A stretch of DNA of 63,349 bases, counting the filler, from Octopus bimaculoides (lineage: Eukaryota), in NCBI RefSeq assembly GCF_001194135.2. It is 5 parts of 5 records of this genome, joined end to end, with 100 filler letters (N's around TTAATTAATTAA, not from the genome) between each part and the next. Parts side by side here need not be neighbours in the genome. Positions count along the whole stretch, not along the records: positions 12,075 to 36,107 come from NC_068983.1; 4 more parts are not named here. The stretch is one strand, 5' to 3'. Made by a program: the position numbers and the translations under genes. Of this stretch, positions 12,700 through 25,272 are shown piece after piece. The notes under the pieces were generated by a model. That model was not told the origin of the DNA, ran no database searches, and saw only the letters and a program-made list of their open reading frames with translations. Within the stretch, counting starts at the first letter, position 1. Each line of letters starts with the position of its first letter.

Positions 12700-13044
12700 C
12701 AGCAACATTACTCTGTCTCTTCACACACCAGCAACATTACTCTGTCTCTTCACACACACTAACAAAAGCACTTCACATACAACCGCACTTTCTGTCTCGC
12801 ACACCCCATCAAACACACACACGCACACACGCCTATTAATTCTTCCGCTTCATGCCAACTTCAAAAGAGCTTCACTCATACAATCACGTTCTCTCTGTCT
12901 CTTTCGCTTTCGCACCAACTTCAGAGGGTCCCCTTTCCCCCCCAACCCCATATGTAAAAAAAGTAAAGATTTTTTGCAGAAACTGACGATCATCTTCACA
13001 AATGTAAATAAACACATGTGTGACTAGTATCCTAAGATCGCCAT

Positions 13045-13923
13045 TCTTTTCATTTTCTGTCTATTTCATTATCATGTAAACATAGTTTCAATAGTTTTGT
13101 CTTCCTTGTTATTTTCTTAAATTGATACATATCCGTTAATCGTTACTTATCCATTTATTCAATTTTGTCACATCATCACTTATTTCTCTAATTTTGTTAC
13201 AGATTGGCTGACCGGGAATTCTAAGATTTTTCAATTCTATTTCACTATTATCGGTATTTGCTGTTTCATTAAATTATGTTACCCAAAATCCCAAAAGAAT
13301 ATTTTTATCCCTCGTGTTCTATGCCTGACCACCCTAACTCTGGCTCCCTCTCTCTCTGTGCCTCACTCTGTCTGGCTCTCTCTTTCGATTTACCACTTGA
13401 TTCGCCAACACTCCTCTCCTCTTCCATCATCACCACCACCCTATATAAACTAGCGCAAGCACTCAGATTCCCTTACTCGATTTTCAATACCTCTGCCGAA
13501 AGAATATGAATTTCAGAAGATGTTCAGATAAGAAATTTTGTCTTTTCAATCTCGTTTCATGTACTCCACTAATTCTGTGCAGATCATAAACCCCTTATTA
13601 GTTCTTTTCATTATTCTCTCTATTTCATTACCATGTAAACATAGTTTCAATAGTTTCTTCTTCCTCGTTGTTGTCTTAAGTTCATGCATATCCGTTAATC
13701 ATCACATATCTATTTATTCAAGCTTATCACATCGTAACTCATCTCTCTAAATCTGTCACAGACTGGCTGACTGAAAATTCTAAGATTTTTCAATTCTATT
13801 TCACTATTATCAGCATTTGCTGTTTCATTAAATTATGTTACACAAAATCCCAAAGAATATTTTTCTCCCTCGTGTTCTATGCCTGATCACCCTAACTCCA
13901 GCTCCCCCTCTCTCTCTGCCTCA

Positions 13924-13980
<57 letters not shown>

Positions 13981-14115
13981 GATTTACCACTTGATTCACC
14001 AACATTCACCCCCACTTTCACCACCACCACCACCCTATATAAACTAGCGCACGCACTCAGATTCCCCTGCTCAATTTTTAATAACTCCCCCGAAAGAATA
14101 CAAATCCAGAAGATG
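13045..14115 (+). repeat. Tandem duplication of a ~480-510 bp unit (period 559 bp)
   Basis: ctatttcatt at 13061 and 13620; paired ORF starts MLPKIPK (13276) and MLHKIPK (13835); copy 2 has an expanded (CT)n. Confidence 0.92.
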
Positions 14116-14149
14116 CTCTCGTCTAAATTTTCTGCCTCGCGGCATGCCC

Positions 14150-17102
14150 GCCCTCCCACTTGGTGGCTGGGGACATCAATGGATATGTTGGACAATATAC
14201 AGGGGGCTTCCATGGCATACATGGAGGCTATGGTTTTGGTAGTTAGTGACTTCAGACGACCAGCATGGAGGAGAAAAGTCTGGAAGCTTGAAGATCCTGT
14301 GAATGGACAGAGATTCAGAGACGTATTACTTGAAGCCTTTGATGGAATAGAAGGGGATATAGCATCACATGATGTGGAAGGCAACTGGAGGTTTCTATGG
14401 GACAACCTGCTGAGGGCCATTGACCAGATCTGTGGATGGTGCAAAGTCTCCTCTCAACCCAAGGTAACATGGTGGTGGAACAATGTAGTTGACAGGGCTA
14501 TTAGAGAAAAAAAAACAGGCATGAAAGGACTGGAAGAATGGTGGTAGCAGGGAATTGTATCAGACTGCCAGAAGGGAAGCTGGGAGACAGGTTTGTTTAG
14601 CAGATAAGAAATTTTTACCAATGTTCTGCGCTGTGAGGACCAAAGACTTGAGGTATTTCGTGTTGCAAGACAGTGTGTGAGAGAGAATTGTGATGTCGTA
14701 GGAGAGAAATGTGTCCACATGGATGATGGTTCACTTGCACTAAACGAGGCTGCAAAGAGAGAGGTTTGAAGACGCCACTACGAAAGATTGCTCAATAAAG
14801 AGAATGAATGGGAGAAAGAGTCTGCCGAATGTCGACCCAACAGAGGGACCAGCTATCCGAATTGACAGTACCTTGGTAGATAAAGCAATTAAGAGTATGA
14901 AAATAGGGAAAGCCCCCGGTCCATCAGGAATAACCACAGAGATGCTCGAAATATCTGGCGGTGTCTGCCTAGTCACCCGTATAGTTAATCAGGTGATACA
15001 CAAAGGAGTCATACCCAATGACTGGTGTAGCAGCACCATAGTCAACTGTTACAAAGGTAAAGGTGACGCTTTAGATACAAATAATTACAGAGGTATCAAG
15101 TTGTTAGATCAGGTAATATAGGTCACTGAGGGGGTCATAGCCCAACTAATTAGGGAGAGAGTCAGTTTAGATGAGATGCAGTTTGTGTTTGTGCCAGGGA
15201 AAAGCACCACTGATGCTATATTTCTGGTAAGACAGCTGCAGGAGAAATACCTAGCCAAAGATAAACTTCTGTACCTGGCTTTCGTTGACATGGAGAAAGC
15301 CTTTGACAGGGTTCCCCAATCCCTTATCTGGTCATCAATGAGGAAACTAGGGATAGAAGAATGTTTAGTGAGAGCTGTGCGAGCCATGTACAGGGACGCT
15401 GTCAGTAAGGTGAGGGTTGGCAATGAGTAGAGTGAAGAATTCTGGGTAAAGGTAGGGGTCCACCAAGGTTCTGTCCTCAGCCCCCTCCTATTTATCATAG
15501 TCCTCCAGGCAATAACAGGAATTCAAGACAAGATGCCCCTGGGAGCTCCTTTATGCTGATGACCTTGCTCTAATTGCTGAGTCGCCATCAGAACTAGAGA
15601 AGTTTCAGGTGTGGAAGCAAAGATTAGAATCGAAGGGCCTTAGAGTCAACCTAGCTAAAACCAAAGTCCTAAGTAGGAAGGCAGACAAACCACAAATCCC
15701 TTCAGGTAGATGGCCCTGCTCAATCTGTAGAAAAGGCATAGGTTGAAACTCTATAAAATGTACCCAGTGTAAGCTATGGACACATAAGAGGTGCAGCAAT
15801 ATCAAAGGAAGGCTAACTGGGAAGATAGTTTTTGTATGTGGCAGATGTTCAGGAGCAATAAATGCTGAAAATGTGCAGAGAACAACTTCTGCTACATTCC
15901 AGGGAGAAAGGCTAGAAGTAGTTGATAGCTTCTGTTACCTCGGTGACCAAGTCAGTAGTGGGGGTGGATGCTCTGAAAGTGTAGCTGCTAGAATAAGAAT
16001 AGCCTGGGCAAAGTTCAGAGAGCTCCTACCTCTGCTGGTGACAAAGGCCTCTCACTCAGAGTAAAAGGTAGACTGTATGACACGTGTATGAACAGCCATG
16101 CTACATTGCAGTGAAACTTGAACTGTGACTGCTGAGGACATGCGTAAGCTTACAAGGAATGAAGCCAGTATGCTCCGCTGGATGTGTAATGTCAGTGTGC
16201 ATACTTGTCAGAGTGTAAGTGCCTTGAGAGAAAAGTTGGACCTAAGAAGCATCAAATGTGGTGTCCAAGAGAGACAACTGCGCTGGTATGCTCATGTGGT
16301 GAGAATGGATGAAGATAGCTGTGTGAAAAAGTGTCACACAGTAGCAGTTGAGGGAACCTGTGGAAGAGGTAGACCCAAGAAGCCCTGGGATGAGGTGGTG
16401 AAGCACGACCTTTGAACATTAGGCCTCACCGAGGCAATGACTAGTGACTGAGACCTTTGGAAATATACTGTGCTTGAGAAGACCCAGCAAGCCAAGTGAG
16501 ACCATAATTTGTGGTCTATGCCAGTGGGAGTAACCAGCTCACTTATGCGTGCCTTTCCTTCATTAGACACTGAACTCTTCTTGCGAAGACCTGTTGAGGC
16601 AAGTGAAATCAAAATCAAATTTGATGACTGCCATCGCATGACTGGCATTCGTGCTAGTGGAGTACTAAGAGCACCATCTGAGCATGATTGTTGCCAGAGC
16701 AGCTGTCTAGCTTCCATGCCAGTGGCATGTAAATAGCACCATTTGAGCGTGATCATTACCAGCGTCACCTTATTGGCAGTTGTGCCGGTGGCACATGAAA
16801 AACAACATTTGAGCAAGGTTGCTGCTAGTGCTGCTTGACTGCCTCCTGTGCAGGTGGCATGTAAAAAACACCATTTGAGCGTGGCTGTTGCCTGTACTGC
16901 TTGACTGGCCCTCGTGCCGGTGGCATGTAAAAGCACCCACTACACTCTTGTAGTGGTTGGCGTTAGGAAAGGAATCCAGCTGTAGAAACTCTGCCAGATC
17001 AGATTGGAGCCTGGTGCAGCCATCTAGCTCGCCAGTCCTCAGTCAAACCATCCAACCCATGCCAGCGTGGAAAGCGGATGTTAAACGATGATATGATGAT
17101 GA
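14150..17102 (+). mobile_element. RTE-clade LINE with internal deletion in the endonuclease, RT domain and full 3' UTR ending in (GAT)n
   Basis: GKAPGPSG, NYRGIKLL, AFVDMEKAFDRVP, VHQGSVLSP, LLYADDL, RIAWAKFRELLPLL, GRGRPKKPW; several stops and frameshifts. Confidence 0.95.
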
Positions 17103-17199
17103 TATATACATATATTACATATATATATATTGTATGATATATATATATTATATGTATATATATTTATATATATTTTTATATATATATATATATATATAT

Positions 17200-17513
17200 A
17201 AAGTGTAGTATATTGCCACTTAAGTGTGGCTGACCCCTAGGGGTGGATGTTACTGTTGCTTTTAGCCCCAGGAGGACATCTCCTCCAGCTGGCTTATCGA
17301 CACACGACTGTGTCCTGTTTGCCAAGGGAAGTTATCCCTCTCACCTCGATCAGCAGCACGAACGTATCCGGATTTCAGGGTTATTTCCCTTCGTCGGCGT
17401 TTGACAGCTGATGACCTTGGTGAGAGAGACAAAAACCTGGCAAATTTATATCTTCTTTTCCAGTGAAATTCTTCACTGATATTGAAAAGGTGAAAACAAG
17501 CAATGTTAATTCT
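17200..17513 (+). repeat. Unclassified interspersed repeat, homologous to 57170-57383 (-)
   Basis: aagtgtggctgacccctaggggtggatgttactgttgcttttagccccaggaggacatctcctccagctggc aligns with the reverse complement of 57241-57330. Confidence 0.8.
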
Positions 17514-18599
17514 NNNNNNNNNNNNNNNNNNNNNNNNNNNNNNNNNNNNNNNNNNNNNNNNNNNNNNNNNNNNNNNNNNNNNNNNNNNNNNNNNNNNNNN
17601 NNNNNNNNNNNNNNNNNNNNNNNNNNNNNNNNNNNNNNNNNNNNNNNNNNNNNNNNNNNNNNNNNNNNNNNNNNNNNNNNNNNNNNNNNNNNNNNNNNNN
17701 NNNNNNNNNNNNNNNNNNNNNNNNNNNNNNNNNNNNNNNNNNNNNNNNNNNNNNNNNNNNNNNNNNNNNNNNNNNNNNNNNNNNNNNNNNNNNNNNNNNN
17801 NNNNNNNNNNNNNNNNNNNNNNNNNNNNNNNNNNNNNNNNNNNNNNNNNNNNNNNNNNNNNNNNNNNNNNNNNNNNNNNNNNNNNNNNNNNNNNNNNNNN
17901 NNNNNNNNNNNNNNNNNNNNNNNNNNNNNNNNNNNNNNNNNNNNNNNNNNNNNNNNNNNNNNNNNNNNNNNNNNNNNNNNNNNNNNNNNNNNNNNNNNNN
18001 NNNNNNNNNNNNNNNNNNNNNNNNNNNNNNNNNNNNNNNNNNNNNNNNNNNNNNNNNNNNNNNNNNNNNNNNNNNNNNNNNNNNNNNNNNNNNNNNNNNN
18101 NNNNNNNNNNNNNNNNNNNNNNNNNNNNNNNNNNNNNNNNNNNNNNNNNNNNNNNNNNNNNNNNNNNNNNNNNNNNNATATATATATATATATATACATA
18201 TATATGCAACCATACTCATATACACGTATACATATACGCACACACATACAAATATATAGACCCATACACGTACAATTATATTCATATATATGTCTAAAAA
18301 TATGCATATGCTCACTCACACTCGTGTGAAATACATACATGCACACCTTCACACACACCTATATGTATACATATATATGCAACCATACACATGTACACAC
18401 CCACACACATGCACGGACAAACACACGTATATATACCCATGTGTGTGCAAATATGTTCATATACACATCTATATATGCACATGCACAAAAAACAGGGTGA
18501 AAGGTAATATAAGAAAAAATATGTAAATATATATAAAAAATATATATATAAAAATATGTAAAAAAATATAAAAATATAGTGAAATAAAATGCTTGTAGG

Positions 18600-18740
18600 T
18601 AGACACAATATAAAAAGTAGGTTCTATCTGTGTTCTTGTGGGGACCAAAAACGGAACAAATATTTAGCCATATGTGGACATAATCCAAACAGTTCAGTTC
18701 TTGAATTTAAACATTTACATTTATTAGCCAGACAATCTAC
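18600..18740 (-). mobile_element. Penelope-like element, extreme C-terminus of the GIY-YIG region
   Basis: CLNSRTELFGLCPHMAKYLF resembles the LNxRxEL..CxH..K(Y/F)LL end of PLE endonucleases. Confidence 0.55.
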
Positions 18741-18890
18741 GATGTACTGAGTCTGCAATACGTGAACCGCAATGTACTGAGTGCACGATAGGTGAACCGC
18801 AATGTACTGAGTGTGTGATTGGTGAACTGTGATGTACTGAGTGCACAATAGGTGAACCGTGATGTACTGAGTGTGCGATAGGTGAACTGG
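18741..18890. repeat. Minisatellite, five 30-bp units (RATGTACTGAGT....AT.GGTGAAC.G.)
   Basis: Unit starts at 18741, 18771, 18801, 18831, 18861. Confidence 0.95.
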
Positions 18891-18907
18891 GATATGGTGA
18901 GGAATTA

Positions 18908-18944
<37 letters not shown>

Positions 18945-19857
18945 CAAAATAGCTAGTTGTAAAATCTCAAGAAATCAGAGTAATAACTATACTAATAAGT
19001 AAAGTTAATCGCCACCTCAAAGTGGCTGTTCCATGTTACTACTAGTTTCACCCCAGGCAGATCTTCTGTCATCTGGTAATGGCTGCAGCACTGCACCCTA
19101 GGAGGGGCAGTGAACCCCTACCATCCTCTAGCAGACAGCAGGATTGCGAGAGTGACTTAGTTTCAAGCTGGCTGGCTGGTTCATCCTCCGTCATGAATAT
19201 CTTGTCACCAGAGCGATAGCCAGGGTCTGCTCCAGCCAGCAATATATTGTAAGCAAAGTGACCACCAGTCACTGATTTGCAACAAGTAAAATAGCTAGTT
19301 GTTAAAATCTCGAGTAGAGATCAGTGTAGTAACTATACAGCTTTTTGTGCTGGTGGTGGTGTGTAGAGGTTTTCAGTATAAGAGATTTCTGGTATAGGTG
19401 ATGGGAATGGGTTGGCAGATCGTGGACAAATAAAAGGCCAACTTCACTGCAGGAAATAGTAGCAAAGACAGATAGAAACATGAACGAGCGAGAGAGAGAG
19501 AGAAACTTGAAAAAACTTGAGACATCATTGCAAAATATGGAATGGCTGGATGGCTTTTTATTTCCTTTAGCAACAAGATTAAGTTCCTATATTTATACCA
19601 AACTTTTTGACTTAGTGTTCTCTTTTTTCTGTTTTCTCTTTCTTTTTCTTGTTTTTACTAGTTAGGAGCAAGCAAAACCTAATGATGTTGTTTTGTCTAG
19701 GAAGGAACACAAGATAATCCAGTTGAAAATTTGAATTCTTGTACTCCTGTGTATTTTTCATTTTTTATTTTGAATCTGAAGTAGTTCAATCTTTATTTTG
19801 TTATACATTGTATTGTGCTCTTCTTTTGGTGAATTACTATTATCATTGTTGTTGTTA

Positions 19858-20068
19858 ACTGGCAGAATCATTAATGTGTCAGACAAAATGCTTCATGACA
19901 TTTTTCTGACTCTTTTATGTTCTGAGTTCAAATACCACCAAGGTCAACTTTACCTTTCATCCTTTCTGAGCTGATAAAATAAAGTACCATTGAATTACTG
20001 GGGTGGTTGGGTGTAATTGATCGATCCCCTTACCCCTAAATTTTCTGGCCTTGTACCAAATTTGAAAC
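19858..20068 (+). mobile_element. tRNA-derived SINE family A, diverged copy
   Basis: ggcagaatc...gttctgagttcaaat...cctttcatcctt...aagtacca...ggccttgtaccaaatttgaaac; same family as 37210, 37930, 45100. Confidence 0.8.
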
Positions 20069-20110
20069 ATCATTTTAATTACAATGTATTTTTTAAAAAT
20101 ATATTTTTAG

Positions 20111-20203
20111 GGTCCATATGATGTTGGAAGTATGTTAATAAGCATGGAAGGTGTACTTGGAATTCTAATTTCAATGTCTAAAAGTGAAAAGAGGCTCCAC
20201 CAG
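20111..20203 (+). CDS. unc-45: UNC-45 internal exon A (93 nt, phase 0-0): GPYDVGSMLISMEGVLGILISMSKSEKRLHQ
   Basis: tttttag| acceptor and cag|gtcagt donor; peptide matches the GP(C/Y)DxG segment preceding the VAVEAL motif of UNC-45 proteins; in frame with the next exon. Confidence 0.93.
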
Positions 20204-20812
20204 GTCAGTGCAAGTTATTTGATCTTATTCAGTATATAAAAGTTTCTTCTGATGAAAGATTAGTTTAATTGCTGATGTGTCAGCTGTTTCATAGGCTATG
20301 CACAATATTGCTGATCATTGTTTGCAGTTTAGATTAACTAGATTGCAAGCTGAGTTTAACTAATACATTAAATAAGCATTACAAATACGTACAACCCACT
20401 GTTGCAAGAGGCAGGAACACTTTTCCTACGAATATTGTTTTGTTGGAATTGGCTCCATCAATCTGATTTGCTCTAGCTATATTAGAAGAATATCAATTTT
20501 CCATTAGTATCTTCATAATTTACTTTTTGTGGGACTCACTTTATATGATGACATGGATTAACAACTTGTTTAAATGGAAATGATTTCACAGAACCAATCT
20601 CATTTCTTCACTATTGTTGTGATCGGGAAGGATTGTGTTATGAAAATAACTATGATGGAATACATGAGGCAAACATTGGGATAACTTTTATAAGATTTAA
20701 GATCTCAACAAAACAGTGATGTTCTTATAATTATTGTACATCTAATGGATACTTCTTATCATATTCCTTTTCATGTTAATGTATAACTATTAATCTGAGT
20801 ACTCTTTTGCAG

Positions 20813-20947
20813 ATGGTAGCTGTTGAGGCTTTAGTTTGTTCAGCATCAAAAAAAGATAAATGTGTTGGAATTTTGAAAGATGCTATTCCTGTTTTAGATA
20901 CTTTGTATGAATCTTTAGATCCTGAAATCCGAGTGCGTGCTCTTGTG
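20813..20947 (+). CDS. unc-45: UNC-45 exon B (135 nt, 0-0): MVAVEALVCSASKKDKCVGILKDAIPVLDTLYESLDPEIRVRALV
   Basis: ttttgcag| acceptor, gtg|gtaagt donor; VAVEAL and IRVRALV are hallmark UNC-45 motifs. Confidence 0.97.
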
Positions 20948-21512
20948 GTAAGTTTACTTGCATAGAAAAATGTTCAATTTTAACTTCAAAAAATTTTTTT
21001 TTTGGCACTTTAAAATGTTACCTACTTCTTTAAGTAACTATTTTAATGGCATGAATGGTGCCAAAAACTACTTATGTATGAGATTTTTACCTGTGATGAA
21101 GATACGACTACTAAATGTTGCTTAGAATTTGGTGCTGCAATTTCCTAAAACTTCCTAATTTTAACTTGTAGGTAATGACAAATGAATATTCAATAGTTGA
21201 GCACTTAGGAGAAAAGAACTTACTACTTGTATTTATTGTGATAATGCTAGAATATATGGTGAAGAATAATTGGTTGATATTATGAATTTAGAGAAAAGAA
21301 ATAATGTATTATTATGAAAACTTGATATGAGAATTATACACAACACAAATGCTTGAAATCGATAGCTTCAACCAACCATTGGACAGTGTCAATGAATGTA
21401 AGAAATCAACTAATCAATTCAATTCATGACATTTACATGAGATAATTATTGATTGATTTGTCCATTAAAATTTATTTTTCTATTCATATTGTGATGATGT
21501 GCTTAATTTAAG

Positions 21513-21607
21513 GGCTTGTGTAAAATGGCTTCCTTCAAGGGAACAGACTACAGTATCAAAACTCTTGAAGATGGTGAGAATATTCTTTTAGCTGAAGATT
21601 GTCTGAA
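21513..21607 (+). CDS. unc-45: UNC-45 exon C (95 nt, 0-2): GLCKMASFKGTDYSIKTLEDGENILLAEDCL(K)
   Basis: Completes RALV|GLCK; GTDxS motif; aa|gtaagt donor, phase matches the next exon. Confidence 0.97.
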
Positions 21608-21716
21608 GTAAGTATTGATACATAATGTTAGTTTTCTTTTTGTTATCAATATTGGTAAAATTTACTTTTGACATAAATTGTTACAATGTAAATATGCTGG
21701 TCATATTTTTCATTAG

Positions 21717-21855
21717 ATTCCTAACCAATCCTGATGACAAAGAATTGTGGAAATGGGCAACAGAAGGCTTGGCTTACTTATCTTTGGATGCTGATATCAA
21801 GGAACTCATCATGCAAAATGTTCCTGCTCTTCATTCCTTGATTGAGGTTGCAAAG
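21717..21855 (+). CDS. unc-45: UNC-45 exon D (139 nt, 2-0): FLTNPDDKELWKWATEGLAYLSLDADIKELIMQNVPALHSLIEVAK
   Basis: cattag| acceptor after a 109-nt intron; WAxEGLAYL(S/T)xDAD(V/I)KE motif; aag|gtaaaa donor. Confidence 0.98.
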
Positions 21856-22123
21856 GTAAAATGTTTTATAAAATTGTTAGATATGGAAATAAAGCGAAAA
21901 GAAAAGAATTTAAAATTAATATTGTCATAATGAGTACTCACTTTTAGAAGTAATATTTTAAAAGTCTTTCATATAACCATCATGTATGTCTTCATTCTTT
22001 GTTTTAAAATATTTATTCTTTATTCAGTCTTAGATTAGACTTCAAACTGAAATTGTACAAAATTTTTATTACATTTTATCTTTCAAAAGATCAATAGTAT
22101 GTAATTGTTTTGTTTCTTAATAG

Positions 22124-22267
22124 CATGCTAATGATAAGATCACAAGTTATGCTGCAATCACTGTGTTTGTGAATCTGACCAATTCTTATGATAAACAAGA
22201 TGTACCAGAAGAGATTAAAGAATTAGCAAAATTTGCCAAGCATCATGTACCTGAAGACCATCCAAAG
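22124..22267 (+). CDS. unc-45: UNC-45 exon E (144 nt, 0-0): HANDKITSYAAITVFVNLTNSYDKQDVPEEIKELAKFAKHHVPEDHPK
   Basis: VNLTNSYD and LAKFAKxHVPExHPK are UCS-domain signatures; aag|gtaact donor. Confidence 0.98.
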
Positions 22268-24065
22268 GTAACTGGAACCTTTTCTTATTTCTTTTACTTT
22301 TACCACCGTACAAATCAATGCTATTGAGCCATACCAATTATAAAATTATTTAATTCTCTCATTGTGTCAATCAGAAATAGGGACGACATATTTTAAGTAC
22401 TGAATCTTAGAATATCTGTCAAATAGTTCTTAGATTAACTGCTTCCATGCCACAGAGTTGACTAGATCTCACTCAACAATTCTTGTAGCTATGACTGAAT
22501 AGTTTTGATGCTACTTAAGCTTCTATATTATTACTTTAATATTGAAATAAATATTCTTGATGATCTGAATATTGAGCAATTACCTTTAAGAATTTAAACC
22601 AATGGTATTTGTACCTATAATTAATCTAAAATTATTAAAACTGAGAAAACTATAGTCATATTGAATGCTTATCGTTGGTATGCTTAAGTGTTGAATTCTC
22701 TGCAAGTTGTACATAGCATTGTGATAAAAGAAGGTAGTGCAGTATGCAAGGGAAGTAACTATGTTTAAAAACAAGCAGCTCTTACATAGTATCCCACCCC
22801 AATTTAATAAATTGTTATTACCCATGTATATATTTTAATATACACATCATACATTCTCTTTATCATGATATGAGTTATTAATTATAAAAGATACTGTACA
22901 GTAAACCAAAAGATAATATAAGAAATTATATTCAAAATAGATTTGATAAATTTAAACACTCAACAGGCTTAATATTTGTATTGATCTACACAGTTGCACA
23001 CATTTGGAATTTTCCATAGTATGATTAGGGCTATTAAGTATATAACAGAGACAAAATGGTTTAAATATATTTTTCAATTTTCTTGAACCATAGCTAGCTG
23101 ATTTTCCCTGTTTTCTTTGCCATTTATGAAACTAACATGGGCTTGATTTGTCCCTAGAAATTCTGTGTGCTTCATTAGTGATTTAAATTTTGAATTATAT
23201 AAATGACAGTGTAAGTAAACTACCAGGTTCAGGAAGCCAAATGTGATTGTTAATCTGATTGATAATTTTTTTGAAAATGAGATCTTTTTTGTGAAGTGCC
23301 TCATTGGTAGGTCTACATAGCAATGATTGTATGGCTTGGAAAGCATCTGACAACATAATCTGTTTGTGAAATTTTAAAGGTTAATTGTATATGGTTCCAG
23401 ATAATTCCATTATAGCTTTTACACTTCAAGTTCTTTTTAAGCTTGTGAGCTTCTACATATTGTAGAAATGCCATGGATATTGTTTCAACTCTATAAATAC
23501 TAAGGTTTTCTCTCTCCCCTATTTGAAAGAGTAAGTGATGGTAACAAACACACTCTCTGTCTCTCTCTCTGAATGAAAGGCAGATTTTATGATGCCTGTG
23601 TACAAACAGCAATGCTAAATTATCATTTCTTCATGCAATTTCAAGAAACATATGAGTCACATGGGCACAAAGTTGTGATAGAACAGCAACTTTTATATTC
23701 TTACACTATCTATCCTTTATATCAAATAATGAATGATGTTTTAAAATTAACCTTAGAAACTACTGCTTTTGGATGTATTTTCAAGCTGAATTGATTAGCT
23801 AAGTTTTGACTTGGGAAATTTTCAGGTAAGCCTGTATCTGTGAGGATATTGACTACCTTGTCATTAATATTTGACATTATCATAGAAGTTGTAGCAGAAC
23901 ATTCCGTTACCAGAAGAATATGTCCAGGTTGAGTAACCAATGAAGATACTTTAGAATGTAACCAAGAAAGTCATGGTCACCAAATTGGTAGTCAATAGCT
24001 TGGTGTTGCATTCTTTTCCACTTTTAGCATACAACAGGTTTAGCTGGACATCAAACACAAGTATG

Positions 24066-24381
24066 GACTTGGCACTTGTGCCAGTGGCACGTGAAAAGAC
24101 ATTCGAGCAAGTTCGTTGCCAGTACCGCTGGACTGGCTCCTGTGCAGGTGGCATGTAAAATACACCATTTCGAGCATGGCTGTTATCAGTACCTCCTGAC
24201 TGGCCTTCGTGCTGGTGGCATGTAAAAGCACCCACTACACTCTCGGAGTGGTTGGCGTTAGGAAGGGCATCCAGCTGTAGAAACTCTGCCAAATCAGATT
24301 GGAGCCTGGTATAGCCATCTGGTTCACCAGTCCTCAGTCAAATCGTCCAACCCATGCTAGCATGGAAAGCGGACGTTAAAC

Positions 24382-24419
<38 letters not shown>
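24066..24419 (+). mobile_element. RTE LINE 3' tail copy with (GAT)n
   Basis: Highly similar to 16720-17102, including gcacccactacactctcggagtggttggcgttaggaagggcatccagctgtagaaac. Confidence 0.92.
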
Positions 24420-25156
24420 GATGTCACAGAAAACACACATTCTCTAATTACTAGGGTTTATTGTAACAGATTGTTCATATTTAAAACTTTAAGTTCTCTT
24501 GTTAACATCAAAGGATTCCACAAAAGCAACAGGCATTTGATAGGATTCTAATCTAGTCTGTTAGTTGATACTGACTGGTGTTAAGGTTTTACTTTGTAGT
24601 ACTCTGGTTCTGATTGTGTTTGAACATATTCCTTGCCCAAAAAGAATCACTTATGAATGATCATTATTTTCTTTAGCTATCATAACTTTAAAATTGCTAT
24701 CATGAGCTAATACTTTTAAGTTCTGTAGAAATAATGCAATAGACTTTTGTATCTGTTTTAAAGCATTATCAAAAGTTGAATATTATAGTAAAATGTTTAA
24801 TGTGTTATCCCCAATAAATAGAAACAAAAGCTCTAGATTGTTAAAAGTAAGATCAAGATTGATAGTTGTTTGAAAATACAAGAAACCCCTTATCCATAAC
24901 TTAGAAATATTACCATATTGTGGAGTTGTTGGTACATCAGATTTGTTTGGTCTACCTATTTTGTCCATTTTGATTGAAAACCTTACCATAAAAATAATAG
25001 CGTTTATCATGATGTAGCTCATCTATATTTTTACACTGTTTACAAATTCAGTGTTGCTCACATTTTATAAATGATATTCTAAATTTGAAAGCAAAAAGAA
25101 ATATTTAAGCATTCATTGATAACTATTTTTTTTCACATATAAATTTTTGATTACAG

Positions 25157-25272
25157 GACAGCTTAGAATATTCAAAAGCACGAACCAGAAAACTTGCTGA
25201 AGAAGGTATGGTGTCAGCTTTAGTTGAATTGTCAAAAACTGAAAGTGAAAATAGCCGGGAGCAAATCTGTAG
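25157..25272 (+). CDS. unc-45: UNC-45 exon F (116 nt, 0-2): DSLEYSKARTRKLAEEGMVSALVELSKTESENSREQIC(R)
   Basis: ttacag| acceptor; continues HPK|D; G(V/M)VSAL..L.KTES..SRE motif; ag|gtaatc donor. Confidence 0.96.

Noticed and set aside
18741-18890. CRISPR-like array
   Set aside because: Contiguous 30-bp units without unique spacers, eukaryotic context, no cas genes
19701-19745. ttttgtctag|EGTQDNPVENLNS as an upstream unc-45 exon
   Set aside because: No good donor and no similarity to the expected …AIQTVS.LLQ sequence
21625-21930. 101-aa ORF as a stand-alone gene
   Set aside because: It is unc-45 exon D read through flanking intron sequence
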